Counted from the first letter of the stretch, positions 30,481-39,334 are shown. The stretch: 56,818 nucleotides of DNA from an uncultured virus (IMG/VR IMGVR_UViG_3300030117_008055) (IMGVR_UViG_3300030117_008055:62001-118818); one strand, 5' to 3'. Translations and numbers: made by a program. Notes: generated from the sequence alone by a model not told the origin.

Positions 30481-30809
30481 AAACTCTTCCCATACCAGAC
30501 CCAGCGACTAGAAAAAAGATTATGTTTTACGACACACCTCAAAGGCAGGCACAACTAAAGATACAGTGTCAGCATGATGGGCTAAAACAATCTGAGTTCT
30601 TTAGATTGATGGTTGAGGGATACATAAATAATCACCCTGACTTGATTAAGTTTCTTCATGAATGTAAAGAAAAGTACTCTATTCAGGGTAGAGACAAAAG
30701 AAATAAAGCTCAGAGGATGCGAAAAGCTGGCCGAGAGAATGTAGAGCAGTTCTCTCTTGACGACTCTGATATTAAAAATATATTTGATTTACTGGAGAAT
30801 GATTTATAA
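30477..30809 (+). CDS. Putative ribbon-helix-helix DNA-binding protein
   Basis: KKIMFY strand followed by two helices (LKIQC..DGLKQSEFFRLMVEGYI); ATGA overlap with the upstream gene. Confidence 0.45.
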   Translation: MKTLPIPDPATRKKIMFYDTPQRQAQLKIQCQHDGLKQSEFFRLMVEGYINNHPDLIKFLHECKEKYSIQGRDKRNKAQRMRKAGRENVEQFSLDDSDIKNIFDLLENDL

Positions 30810-31045
30810 TGGAGTGTTTAAATACTTGTCGACAACTTAATTTCCCGTGTCCTGTCAAGGAATGTCGGCAGCACATAGACTATAGCGAGGATTTAAATTG
30901 CACGCTTGAGTCTATATCAAAGCACGGTAATATGACCTTGAGAGAATCTGCTGACCGCCTAGGCATAAGCTTTGTTAGGGTAAAGCAGATAGAGGACCAG
31001 GCCCTAAAAAAAATAGGTCGTTTCTTTGAAAAAGATTCTATTTAG
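30809..31045 (+). CDS. Stand-alone sigma-70 region-4 HTH protein with Cys-rich N-terminus
   Basis: MTLRESADRLGISFVRVKQIEDQALKKI; five Cys upstream. Confidence 0.75.
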   Translation: MECLNTCRQLNFPCPVKECRQHIDYSEDLNCTLESISKHGNMTLRESADRLGISFVRVKQIEDQALKKIGRFFEKDSI

Positions 31046-31082
31046 AATAGCACCTTTAAAGGTATCTTCATGGAGAAAACAA

Positions 31083-31859
31083 ATGAGCAAGACTCTACTA
31101 ACTGAATCAGAAATTAGAAAAATGATGGGCTTAGCCAATATCGGAGCCCTTGGCGATCACTTTGTGAATCGTCTCCACGAGCAAGAAATGGCTGAACCCG
31201 AAGAGGACGAAGCTGCAGGCGAGGGCGAGATGGCTATGGACGACGCTGGTGACGCTGGTGCTGAAGACGCAGCAGTGGCTCCGGGAGAAGACGAAGGCAT
31301 GGAGGGAGCCATTGAACAGGTTCTGAGTGTTGTCGTTGATGCTCTTGGTGAGCTTCCTGGCGCGCCTAAAGTAACCCTTCAGACTGATGATGCCGCTGGC
31401 GGAGACATGGATATGGACGCCGGCGAAGAGATGGGTGAGCCAGCTGGCGGAGAGATGGATATGGAGGCTGCTCCAGAGGAGGAGGCTGCTGATGCTGCTC
31501 TTGAAGAGGCACTTCGTCGACTAGGTGTTAGACTTTCAGAGTCACTAGATGAAGAGCTGTCTATGGAAGACGACCTTGAGGAAGGCATGTACGAAGATGA
31601 CATGGAAGAAGGTATGTACGAAGACGACCTTGAAGAGGGTATGTACGAAGATGACATGGAAGAAGGCATGCACGGTGAAGACATGCATGGTGAAGATATG
31701 CATGGCGAGGGTATGCATGGTGAAGACATGGATGAGGACTACATGGAAGAAGGCATGCACGAGGATGATATGGATGAGATGGGACGCATGGAAGAAGATC
31801 TTGTCAACGAGGTAACTCGTAGAGTTTCAGCCAGACTTCTAAAAAGACTTAAGAGATAA
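31083..31859 (+). CDS. Highly acidic repeat protein (prohead core/scaffold-like)
   Basis: LLTESEIRKMMGLA N-terminus, EEGMYEDD repeats and C-terminal LVNEVTRRVSARL; GGAG RBS. Confidence 0.6.
   Translation: MSKTLLTESEIRKMMGLANIGALGDHFVNRLHEQEMAEPEEDEAAGEGEMAMDDAGDAGAEDAAVAPGEDEGMEGAIEQVLSVVVDALGELPGAPKVTLQTDDAAGGDMDMDAGEEMGEPAGGEMDMEAAPEEEAADAALEEALRRLGVRLSESLDEELSMEDDLEEGMYEDDMEEGMYEDDLEEGMYEDDMEEGMHGEDMHGEDMHGEGMHGEDMDEDYMEEGMHEDDMDEMGRMEEDLVNEVTRRVSARLLKRLKR
31563..31790 (+). repeat. In-frame tandem repeats: 27-nt EEGM(Y/H)EDD(L/M) units and 15-nt HGEDM units
   Basis: Direct repeats visible in both DNA and protein. Confidence 0.9.
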
Positions 31860-31879
31860 AATTATTATTTTGACTTTAC

Positions 31880-31913
31880 AAAAAGGCAGGGAATTTTCCC
31901 TGCCTTTTTTTTT
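31880..31913 (+). terminator. Rho-independent terminator, possibly bidirectional
   Basis: AAAAA-GGCAGGGA-ATTT-TCCCTGCC-T9. Confidence 0.9.
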
Positions 31914-31927
31914 AAACGGAGAAGCAC

Positions 31928-32569
31928 GTGAACTTTAACAGTGAAGATAAAAAAGAAACACCCGAGGAGAAAGAAGAGAGTATAATTCAAGTGCTCAATT
32001 CTGCTCTTGAAAAGCCAGAGCTAAGGGTAACAGGAGTTTATGGTGATATTAATGAGGAAAAATGCTCAGAGACGGTATGGGGCCTGCTAGCACTTCATGA
32101 AACTGGTAAAAGATATTACAAAGAAGAAGATTCTGATCAATTGGTTGAGGAGTATACACCCATAGATTTTTATATATCGTCTTACGGCGGACAGGCTGCA
32201 GAAATGTTCGCTGTTTATGATGTCGTAAGAAGTCTTCGAGATACAACGCCTATCATAACACATGGTATTGGCAAGGTAATGTCAGCAGGAGTTCTGTTGT
32301 TAGCGTCTGGCACTAAAGGCGAGCGTCGCATCGGGAAACATTGCAGGGTAATGATCCATGGTGTTATATCTGGCCAGCACGGTCATATAGCTGATGTAAA
32401 AAATGAATTTGAGGAAGCAAAGCTAACCCAAAAACTCTATATTGATGCACTAGCGGAAGAGACCAACATGACGCACAGCTACATTAAAAGACTCATGAAT
32501 AGAAAAACTAATGTATATTTAGACGCCCAAGAGGCAGTTGAGCTTGGCATAGCCGATATCGTTTTTTAG
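31928..32569 (+). CDS. clpP: ClpP-like protease subunit
   Basis: YISSYGG, GKVMSAG, RVMIHG and YLDAQEAVELGIAD. Confidence 0.88.
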   Translation: MNFNSEDKKETPEEKEESIIQVLNSALEKPELRVTGVYGDINEEKCSETVWGLLALHETGKRYYKEEDSDQLVEEYTPIDFYISSYGGQAAEMFAVYDVVRSLRDTTPIITHGIGKVMSAGVLLLASGTKGERRIGKHCRVMIHGVISGQHGHIADVKNEFEEAKLTQKLYIDALAEETNMTHSYIKRLMNRKTNVYLDAQEAVELGIADIVF

Positions 32570-32595
32570 TTACTACTTAGTTTAGAGGGTTAGTT

Positions 32596-34338
32596 ATGAA
32601 TGAACAAGATCTTAAAATGCTGGAGGAATCTTTTTTTCCAGGCACTAAGATTTCTTTAAAAGAAATATTTGAAATAATTGATTTAGAGGAGCAGAGTCTA
32701 AATAAAAACAAGCTCCTCTTCGAGCAGCAGAAAGAGCACTCTCTATCCATTAGTATGATTCCAGACATGGATATTACGGAGCTTGGATGGGGAAATCTTG
32801 AAACTAATGCCAGGAGAAAGAAGACTTTTAGTGCTTCTGCTCGTGGCCAGCTTGAAGGATTTTTAAAAAACATTCAAGGCACAGATCTTGCTTCAAAGAT
32901 AAAGAGTTTAAATGACTTCTACTCTATGGACGAAAATCTTATGAACAAGCTTCAGCTTGAGCAGAAAGGCCCAGGTGGAAAAATATCTGCTGTTCTATCT
33001 TATCTGGTTTTCTATAAAACACTTACCAAGGTTTTAACTAACTTTAATGCCGCTTCAGCAGGATTTAATTTTGAAGCCTTCCTGGCTGTGATGCTAGGCG
33101 GCAAGCAGGTGCCAACGAATAGTAATACAATCGCTGACCTCATGGATAGCTCTGGCGTTCCCATTTCTCTTAAACTTTACGCCGAGGAGTCTGTTGAAGT
33201 CGGCGGTAGTTATCGTGATCTAATTGGCGATCTCTCAAAAGAAGCTGGTAGTATGCAATACATTGTATGCATGAAGAAGCTGGCGACTGAAGTTGGAGAA
33301 CAGGGTGAGATCACTAAAATAAAAGGGCAAGTTGGGTCAATCAAGTTTTATCGTTTTGACTTCACGATTGAAAATTTATTTAATATTCTGTCTAAATCAA
33401 GCAAGAACTCAAGGAGGAATATTATATTGCCAGCTAGCTACATTTCAGGAGCCGAGCCGGATGTAGCTACAGGTCTGCCAGTTGGGGGCACGTTTCCCAG
33501 CCCGCAAGCAGCTGCAGCAGAGTTTCAAGAACTGGCGATTGCTAGACTTAAAGAAGTTGAAATAGAGAAGATTATTGGTGGCTTTAATTATGAAAAACTC
33601 TTTACTGCTTTAGATTATGGCAAGGCCACAGATATCTGGGAGGGTACAACTCCTAATATCGAGCGCGGAGCAACAAAGATGGGACAGAAAAAAGTCATAG
33701 ACAAGCTAATGCTTGATCAAGATTTGTTTCCAGATGACACTCCGAGAGAAAAAATTAAATCCTTAGCTCTTGTGTTGATAGCTGCAAACAATGATCTTCG
33801 TATGAAATACTCTCAAACAATGCAACAACAAAGAAGAGACGCAGAAATTAAACGTCAATATCTTGTAGGGTCTGATAAGGAATTGGTACAGGCTTCCGTT
33901 GATTTTTATAATGGCCTTCAGACAAATGAGCAGCGAATCGAGGCGCTTCAACAAACGCTAGGTTTTGTTGGTAGCAGTAGGCAGCATGCTGGTCATTTTA
34001 ATTTGACAGGAAACATGGTAAAAAATATTCACACTTACGATCCAACATCAATCCCGTCAGCAAACGCACGCGGTGGTGCTGGTGGAGACACTCCAGCGTT
34101 TATTGGAGAAATTCGAATTGGAACGGACGAAATTCAGAAAATGCTTGATCAGGTCGTGTCTATCTTAAACAAAAACATATTTGATATCTTTAGCAATTTA
34201 CAGCTTTTAACAACCAATATTAAAACTTACTTTGCTGGCGGCATGTCTCCTAAAGATGAGCAAAAGGCAAAAACTGCCATGACAGCAGCAGACAATATTG
34301 AGAGAAAAACTCAAGAAGTCAGTGGCGTTGAAAGATAA
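32596..34338 (+). CDS. Hypothetical late protein with a possible PD-(D/E)xK nuclease-like domain
   Basis: GFNFEAFLA...IADL...ISLKL; ACTACTTA upstream. Confidence 0.45.
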   Translation: MNEQDLKMLEESFFPGTKISLKEIFEIIDLEEQSLNKNKLLFEQQKEHSLSISMIPDMDITELGWGNLETNARRKKTFSASARGQLEGFLKNIQGTDLASKIKSLNDFYSMDENLMNKLQLEQKGPGGKISAVLSYLVFYKTLTKVLTNFNAASAGFNFEAFLAVMLGGKQVPTNSNTIADLMDSSGVPISLKLYAEESVEVGGSYRDLIGDLSKEAGSMQYIVCMKKLATEVGEQGEITKIKGQVGSIKFYRFDFTIENLFNILSKSSKNSRRNIILPASYISGAEPDVATGLPVGGTFPSPQAAAAEFQELAIARLKEVEIEKIIGGFNYEKLFTALDYGKATDIWEGTTPNIERGATKMGQKKVIDKLMLDQDLFPDDTPREKIKSLALVLIAANNDLRMKYSQTMQQQRRDAEIKRQYLVGSDKELVQASVDFYNGLQTNEQRIEALQQTLGFVGSSRQHAGHFNLTGNMVKNIHTYDPTSIPSANARGGAGGDTPAFIGEIRIGTDEIQKMLDQVVSILNKNIFDIFSNLQLLTTNIKTYFAGGMSPKDEQKAKTAMTAADNIERKTQEVSGVER

Positions 34339-34367
34339 TAATAACTGTAATAAATCTTAACACAGCT

Positions 34368-34396
34368 ATTGACTTAATGTTATATTTGCTTATATT
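34368..34396 (+). promoter_or_regulatory. Sigma70-type promoter for groEL
   Basis: ATTGAC-N17-TATATT. Confidence 0.5.
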
Positions 34397-34414
34397 TTCA
34401 TGACGAGGTGTATT

Positions 34415-36004
34415 ATGAAAAAGCATTGTCTTTCTGAAGAGCAACTTCAGGAGAAACTATCAAGCGGCGTTAATAAGTTAGCAGATTGCGTCGCTGTTAC
34501 ATTAGGGCCTAGAGGTCGAAATGTTATGCTAAGAGCAGGCGGAAAGCCTGTAATTACGAAAGATGGCGTAACTGTTGCCAAGTTTTTTTCAACTGATGAT
34601 TTATTTGAAGATGCTGCGGCAGAGGTCTTAAAAGAGGTTGCTGACAACACAAATAGTTCTGCTGGCGATGGTACAACAACATCGACGGTGTTAGCTCGCG
34701 AGATTTTCAACGAAGCTCAAAAGTATATAAGAGCTGGTCATGACCCGCTTCAAATAAAGAAGGGCATGGAGAAATCACTTGAGTCAATTATATCTAGATT
34801 AAATAAAATATCACAGCCTGTTGAGAGTTTTGAAGAAATAAAAAACGTTGCAACCGTGTCTGCCAACAACGATGAAGCAATTGGAAATCTTATTGCCACT
34901 GCTGCCGATCAAGCTGGAGATGAGGGTGTGGTGTCTGTTGTGGCTGGCCGCACTGAAGATACTAAATTAAATTTAGTCGAGGGATTTAAATTCGACAGCG
35001 GCTATGCTGCTCAAGCATTTGTAACCAACAAAAGAAAAAATACTGTAGATTATTCAGAGGTTTTTATTTTAGTTACTGAAGAAAAGATTACTCAAGTAGC
35101 TCAAATATTACCAGTGCTGGAGCAAGTGGCAAGAGAGGACCGTCCTTTAATTATTGTTGCAGAGTCAGTAGAGGAACAAGCGCTAGCTGCTTTGATTATG
35201 AATACAGTTAGAGGCTCAATGAGGGTTGCCGCAGTAAAGGCGCCTGGATTTGGCCGGGAAAGAAAGGAGATTCTTTCTGACTTGGCCATGGCTGTCGGTG
35301 CTACTTTTGTTACACGAGGGTCGTCACCAAAGCTTGAAGATTTAAAACTAAAGCACCTTGGCAAGGCTAAGACAATTGAGGTTCAAAAGAACAGTACCAC
35401 AATTGTTGATGGGAATGGAGACTGGGAGTTAATTGAAGAAAGAATTGAGTCGATTAAATCTGAGATAAAGCAAACGGAAGATATGAGAGAGTGCAAAAGA
35501 CTCCAGCACAGAATATCAAGACTTCAAAGTGGCGTTGCTATAATAGAAGTAGGAGCCGCTAGTGAGGTCGAGATGGTGGAGAAAAAGCACCGCATAGAAG
35601 ACGCCCTGGAGGCCGTGCGCGCCGCGCAAAGCTCTGGCATTGTGCCAGGGGGTGGCGCTGCTCTTGTGAGTTGTATTAGTTTCTTACCAAAGAATTTAAA
35701 CAACTCGGAGTCATTCGGGCGCGAAGTTTTAAAAAAAGCCATGCTGGCTCCAATCACTCAAATATCAAAAAACTGTGGTGTTAGTCCAGATCTTGTGATT
35801 GATTCTGTGATGAGGCAGAACAAAAGGAAGAAATCCAGCAACTATGGATATAATTTTGTTACTAATAAAGTGGTTGATATGTTTGAAGAGGGTATCATAG
35901 ACCCAGCAAAGGTAACAATCACTGCTCTAAAAAATGCAGTGTCCGTTGTGTCGACTCTTCTCACAACCGCCACGTGCATTATTCAGGAGCAAAATGAAAG
36001 CTAA
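34415..36004 (+). CDS. groEL: Phage chaperonin GroEL
   Basis: TLGPRGRNV, ITKDGVTVAK, AGDGTTT, KAPGFG, GIVPGGG and GIIDPAKV. Confidence 0.95.
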   Translation: MKKHCLSEEQLQEKLSSGVNKLADCVAVTLGPRGRNVMLRAGGKPVITKDGVTVAKFFSTDDLFEDAAAEVLKEVADNTNSSAGDGTTTSTVLAREIFNEAQKYIRAGHDPLQIKKGMEKSLESIISRLNKISQPVESFEEIKNVATVSANNDEAIGNLIATAADQAGDEGVVSVVAGRTEDTKLNLVEGFKFDSGYAAQAFVTNKRKNTVDYSEVFILVTEEKITQVAQILPVLEQVAREDRPLIIVAESVEEQALAALIMNTVRGSMRVAAVKAPGFGRERKEILSDLAMAVGATFVTRGSSPKLEDLKLKHLGKAKTIEVQKNSTTIVDGNGDWELIEERIESIKSEIKQTEDMRECKRLQHRISRLQSGVAIIEVGAASEVEMVEKKHRIEDALEAVRAAQSSGIVPGGGAALVSCISFLPKNLNNSESFGREVLKKAMLAPITQISKNCGVSPDLVIDSVMRQNKRKKSSNYGYNFVTNKVVDMFEEGIIDPAKVTITALKNAVSVVSTLLTTATCIIQEQNES

Positions 36005-36275
36005 AATAACAATTACTAAAGATCTTAACGATATACCTGACCTTATCGTAGATTTGCTAAGGGAAGCAAAATATAAACTTGAGTCTATAAGTAAGTTCAA
36101 ATTTAATTACCTTGATCCATCTGAGCTAGCTCAGCAAATATCCAGTCAGAGACTAGTGATGTCTGATGTTGATGACATTTTTGAAAATGCACAAAATCTT
36201 GCTGCAGGCTATGTTTCAGCGCTTGAGGACTCGGCATCAGAGGTTCCTAAGGAGGGTTTGGATGAAAGAGTTTGA
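35994..36275 (+). CDS. Hypothetical protein
   Basis: ATG 35994 with AGGAG RBS, overlapping the groEL end. Confidence 0.55.
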   Translation: MKAKITITKDLNDIPDLIVDLLREAKYKLESISKFKFNYLDPSELAQQISSQRLVMSDVDDIFENAQNLAAGYVSALEDSASEVPKEGLDERV

Positions 36276-36465
36276 TTTAATATATGTCCCAGCAGAGACG
36301 TATATGCTCAAGACAGGCATTGATGACACGGTTCAAAGTTTTATAAAGCTTAATAAGCCTGCTAGTGTTATTCTTTTGGAGGACATGGGCCAAAAGGTTA
36401 AAGTTCTTCATGAAAATAAAAATTGGTTAATTGAAAAAAAACATTTAAGAGGGTTACATGATTAA
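36262..36465 (+). CDS. Small hypothetical protein, SH3-like
   Basis: AGGAGG RBS; MKEFDLIYVP...KVKV...W. Confidence 0.5.
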   Translation: MKEFDLIYVPAETYMLKTGIDDTVQSFIKLNKPASVILLEDMGQKVKVLHENKNWLIEKKHLRGLHD

Positions 36466-36751
36466 ACTAACACAAATTAACACAACTACGGTTTCTATTA
36501 CTCGTAACGAGACGGACGGCCCAGTTGTCGACAAGCAATATATTTTTAAAGATGTTTGGATCAATCCGACATATGTTACTAAGGTTGAGGAGGACGCTGC
36601 CTTAAACAACGAAAATATTAAAAAACCATTAATTAAAGGCTTAGACAATAGAGCAACATTTTCCAGAGTCTATGTTAGCTCAAATAATCATTCATCGTAT
36701 TTTTCTGTTGTTGGTCACCCAAACATTGTTGTTTCCAAGCTTGGGGAATAA
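36458..36751 (+). CDS. Hypothetical protein with an FlbD-like WINP motif
   Basis: MIKLT...VWINPTYVTKVEE. Confidence 0.5.
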   Translation: MIKLTQINTTTVSITRNETDGPVVDKQYIFKDVWINPTYVTKVEEDAALNNENIKKPLIKGLDNRATFSRVYVSSNNHSSYFSVVGHPNIVVSKLGE

Positions 36752-36754
36752 GTC

Positions 36755-36994
36755 ATGGAAAAATTTATTTTGTACGTTAAAATTGATTGTCCCTTTTGCC
36801 ATAAGGCAGAAGACTTACTAACAAAAGCTGGCAAAGAATACAATGTGGTTCCCTTCGATGGTGCACAAGATGTTTTAGAGCACGTGAAGCTTGCGTATGA
36901 ACATAATACAGTTCCTATGGTTTTTTCTAGCAAAGCCAAAAACATTCAGTTTGTTGGTGGGTACACTGATCTTGTTGAGTATTTAGATGAGTGA
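36755..36994 (+). CDS. Glutaredoxin
   Basis: CPFC, TVP and VGGYTDL. Confidence 0.9.
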   Translation: MEKFILYVKIDCPFCHKAEDLLTKAGKEYNVVPFDGAQDVLEHVKLAYEHNTVPMVFSSKAKNIQFVGGYTDLVEYLDE

Positions 36995-37331
36995 AGAGTC
37001 ACAAAAAATTTACACCTTTAGTGTCGAAGCAGTGTATGAAATGCTTGACAGTGCGCAAGATGATAGAGATGTGGCTAGAGAGCTTCTTGCCATGTATCTT
37101 GATTTAGAAAGTCAAAATGAATACATATCTTTTCTTTTAAGTGAGGTGTTCTGGACAAACTACAGCATTACTAAATTGATTGAAAAAGAGATAGACACAG
37201 CGGTGCTGACTGAGGACAAGCAATTTATTGTTACGGAGACCACACTAAACATACTTCAGTCCCTTGTAATATCTAAGCACGCTGCCTCTAGTGAGCTTAG
37301 GAAAATGTCTGTTTCATTACAAGAAAATTAA
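36987..37331 (+). CDS. Hypothetical protein
   Basis: 114-aa ORF overlapping the glutaredoxin end. Confidence 0.55.
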   Translation: MSEESQKIYTFSVEAVYEMLDSAQDDRDVARELLAMYLDLESQNEYISFLLSEVFWTNYSITKLIEKEIDTAVLTEDKQFIVTETTLNILQSLVISKHAASSELRKMSVSLQEN

Positions 37332-37339
37332 TTTTTTAG

Positions 37340-37368
37340 GTTGACCGTGTTTTTTAGGTGCTTACTGT
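37340..37368 (+). promoter_or_regulatory. Sigma70-type promoter for hsp20
   Basis: GTTGAC-N17-TACTGT. Confidence 0.55.
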
Positions 37369-37371
37369 TAG

Positions 37372-37434
37372 ATTGTTCCGGGTGCTAAATAAGGTCCAGA
37401 ACAATAGTCTTGCTTAAAAAGGAGAAATATTATG
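37372..37434 (+). promoter_or_regulatory. ROSE-like RNA thermometer in the hsp20 5' UTR
   Basis: UCUUGCU (37408-37414) pairs with SD AGGAGA (37420-37425) with a bulged G; upstream hairpin ATTGTTC...GAACAAT. Confidence 0.65.
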
Positions 37435-37854
37435 ACTACCACACTTACTACTTATAGACCTAGCCTTATTGGAAGAGGCGTATTTGATGATCTGTTTGAG
37501 GCCATGGATTTTCCTACCCTTCTAAACAGAACGACGCAGGGATATCCAGTTGCAGATATTTATCAAAATGATATTGGAGATACTGTCATGGAGTTTGCGT
37601 TGGCTGGCTTTACCAAAGACGATTTGCAGGTTGAAATTAAACCAGAGAAAAACAGTATTACTGTGAGTGCTGATAGGGGCGCTCGGGCCGATACTAATCG
37701 TAGAATCGCCAGACGTAGCTTTACTAAGACTTATGTAAATTACGATAATAATTTAAATCTGAGTCAAACCACAGCAGATTTTAACAATGGTCTTTTGACC
37801 TTGACTCTGCCTAGGAAAGAAGAAGCAAAGCCACTTAATATTGAAATTAAGTAA
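37432..37854 (+). CDS. Small heat-shock protein (Hsp20/IbpA-like)
   Basis: YPVADI, FALAGF, IARRSF and ADFNNGLLTLTLP...IEIK. Confidence 0.92.
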   Translation: MTTTLTTYRPSLIGRGVFDDLFEAMDFPTLLNRTTQGYPVADIYQNDIGDTVMEFALAGFTKDDLQVEIKPEKNSITVSADRGARADTNRRIARRSFTKTYVNYDNNLNLSQTTADFNNGLLTLTLPRKEEAKPLNIEIK

Positions 37855-37887
37855 TTAATATTTACTTTTCCAATATGTTGTTATAAT

Positions 37888-37929
37888 TATTGATGTAGGT
37901 GTGTAAACATTTACGCACTTGCATCAATA
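37888..37929 (+). other. Long intergenic hairpin (~19 bp, three G:U pairs)
   Basis: TATTGATGTAGGTGTGTAA / TTACGCACTTGCATCAATA. Confidence 0.65.
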
Positions 37930-37950
37930 TTTGCACTATTGGAAGCATTA

Positions 37951-38568
37951 ATGAGCCTGAAGAAGAAGTCTTTTTATACCGCACTTGTATTCGTATTTTT
38001 TCTATCAGGGTATTTTCTAATTCAGCGCATGGTCGACGCGGCCAGTCTAACTTTGTTGTTGGAAGCTGATAGATGGATACCTTTGATGACAGAATTTATC
38101 TGGATATATCACTCGCTGCCTCTTTACATACTACTTGTAATGGTATTTATGATAAAACAAGCTAGTGTTTTTTGGAGAACTGTTGTGAGCTGTTTAGCCT
38201 CAAGCGCAGTGATGTTTGTTTGTTTTGTACTATTACCTATAGAGTATCCCAGACCCGAAGTGCTAGCTAGTGATTTTTCAAGCTCGTTTTTGGTGCTAAC
38301 TCAAGAGATAGATTTTGCTCACAATACATGTCCGTCTGGTCATGTGGCATTTGCATGGCTGATGTTTCTATCTGCCATCAGCACTCAATGGATAAAGCAA
38401 GAGCCTTGGATGGGCAGGGTGTGCTTTCTTTGGTCGTTAGGGATCATAATGTCAACTTTATTACTCAAGCAACATTTTATTGCAGACGTATTTGCAGGAG
38501 TTATATTGGCTAGTTTTTCATTTTATTGTTCAAAGTTTGTCGTTCCTACTAAGAGGTTAGCTAGTTAG
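37951..38568 (+). CDS. PAP2-family membrane phosphatase
   Basis: Several TM helices, YPRP, CPSGH and STLLLKQHFIADV. Confidence 0.85.
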   Translation: MSLKKKSFYTALVFVFFLSGYFLIQRMVDAASLTLLLEADRWIPLMTEFIWIYHSLPLYILLVMVFMIKQASVFWRTVVSCLASSAVMFVCFVLLPIEYPRPEVLASDFSSSFLVLTQEIDFAHNTCPSGHVAFAWLMFLSAISTQWIKQEPWMGRVCFLWSLGIIMSTLLLKQHFIADVFAGVILASFSFYCSKFVVPTKRLAS

Positions 38569-38586
38569 TATAGGGGGACGACAGCC

Positions 38587-39033
38587 TTGTTTGTAACAAA
38601 CGAAAAAGAACTTAGAAAAGAATGTAAACCTTGTGGAGCACGAGAGGGCAACATAATAGGAGAGAGATTATTAGAAATGCTAGCCAAAACAAATGATGGT
38701 GTTGGTCTGGCGGCAAACCAAGTAGGTATCAACAAAAGAGTTTGTGTTGTAAATGTCGATCGACCAATAGTTTTAATTAATCCTAAAATTGTGGGCAAGT
38801 TTGGAAAAAGTTATTTTCAAGAAGGATGTCTTTCGTTCCCTGGCAAAGTTGTAATCACCGAGAGATGGACAAACATAGTCGTTTCATGCGCCGGTTCAAA
38901 ACAATATATGTTTTCTTTTGAAAAAAACGCTTTGGAGTGTGTTTGTGTGCAGCATGAGATTGACCATTTAAATGGTGTGACTATGTTCGATAGAGCCGTA
39001 GATGACTTGGAGATTAATAATGGCAAAATCTAA
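38587..39033 (+). CDS. def: Peptide deformylase
   Basis: GVGLAANQVG, EGCLS and QHEIDHLNG. Confidence 0.93.
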   Translation: MFVTNEKELRKECKPCGAREGNIIGERLLEMLAKTNDGVGLAANQVGINKRVCVVNVDRPIVLINPKIVGKFGKSYFQEGCLSFPGKVVITERWTNIVVSCAGSKQYMFSFEKNALECVCVQHEIDHLNGVTMFDRAVDDLEINNGKI

Positions 39034-39178
39034 AACTAAAAAAGCAACTAGCAAAAAGAAAACCAGCATTGGTGATGGAAAATTTTCCAAAACTTGGAAC
39101 AAAGGCGGAGGAACAACTGGCTCTACTCCATCAAAATTTCGCACCAAGAAAAAACCATATAGGGGACAGGGCAAGTGA
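39020..39178 (+). CDS. 52-aa basic protein ending in YRGQGK (not in ORF track)
   Basis: Translated by hand: MAKSKTKKATSKKK...KKPYRGQGK; GGAG RBS. Confidence 0.7.
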   Translation: MAKSKTKKATSKKKTSIGDGKFSKTWNKGGGTTGSTPSKFRTKKKPYRGQGK

Positions 39179-39318
39179 ACGAAGAGCAGCCTTTTCTACA
39201 GATCCCTCTCCCCTCATCTGATCCATGGGTCCAGCGTCAACAATACGAAAAGTGGCTTGAGGAACAGAAAGAGAAAGAAAATCAAGATGACGAAACAGTC
39301 ATAATTATCGAGGTGTAG
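39175..39318 (+). CDS. 47-aa hypothetical protein (not in ORF track)
   Basis: GTGA overlap; MNEEQPFLQIPLP...DETVIIIEV. Confidence 0.55.
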   Translation: MNEEQPFLQIPLPSSDPWVQRQQYEKWLEEQKEKENQDDETVIIIEV

Positions 39319-39334
39319 ACAAGGATCAAGTTGC

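Noticed and set aside
31563..31790. Possible CRISPR array
   Set aside because: The repeats are contiguous, in-frame coding units with no unique spacers, and no cas genes are present.
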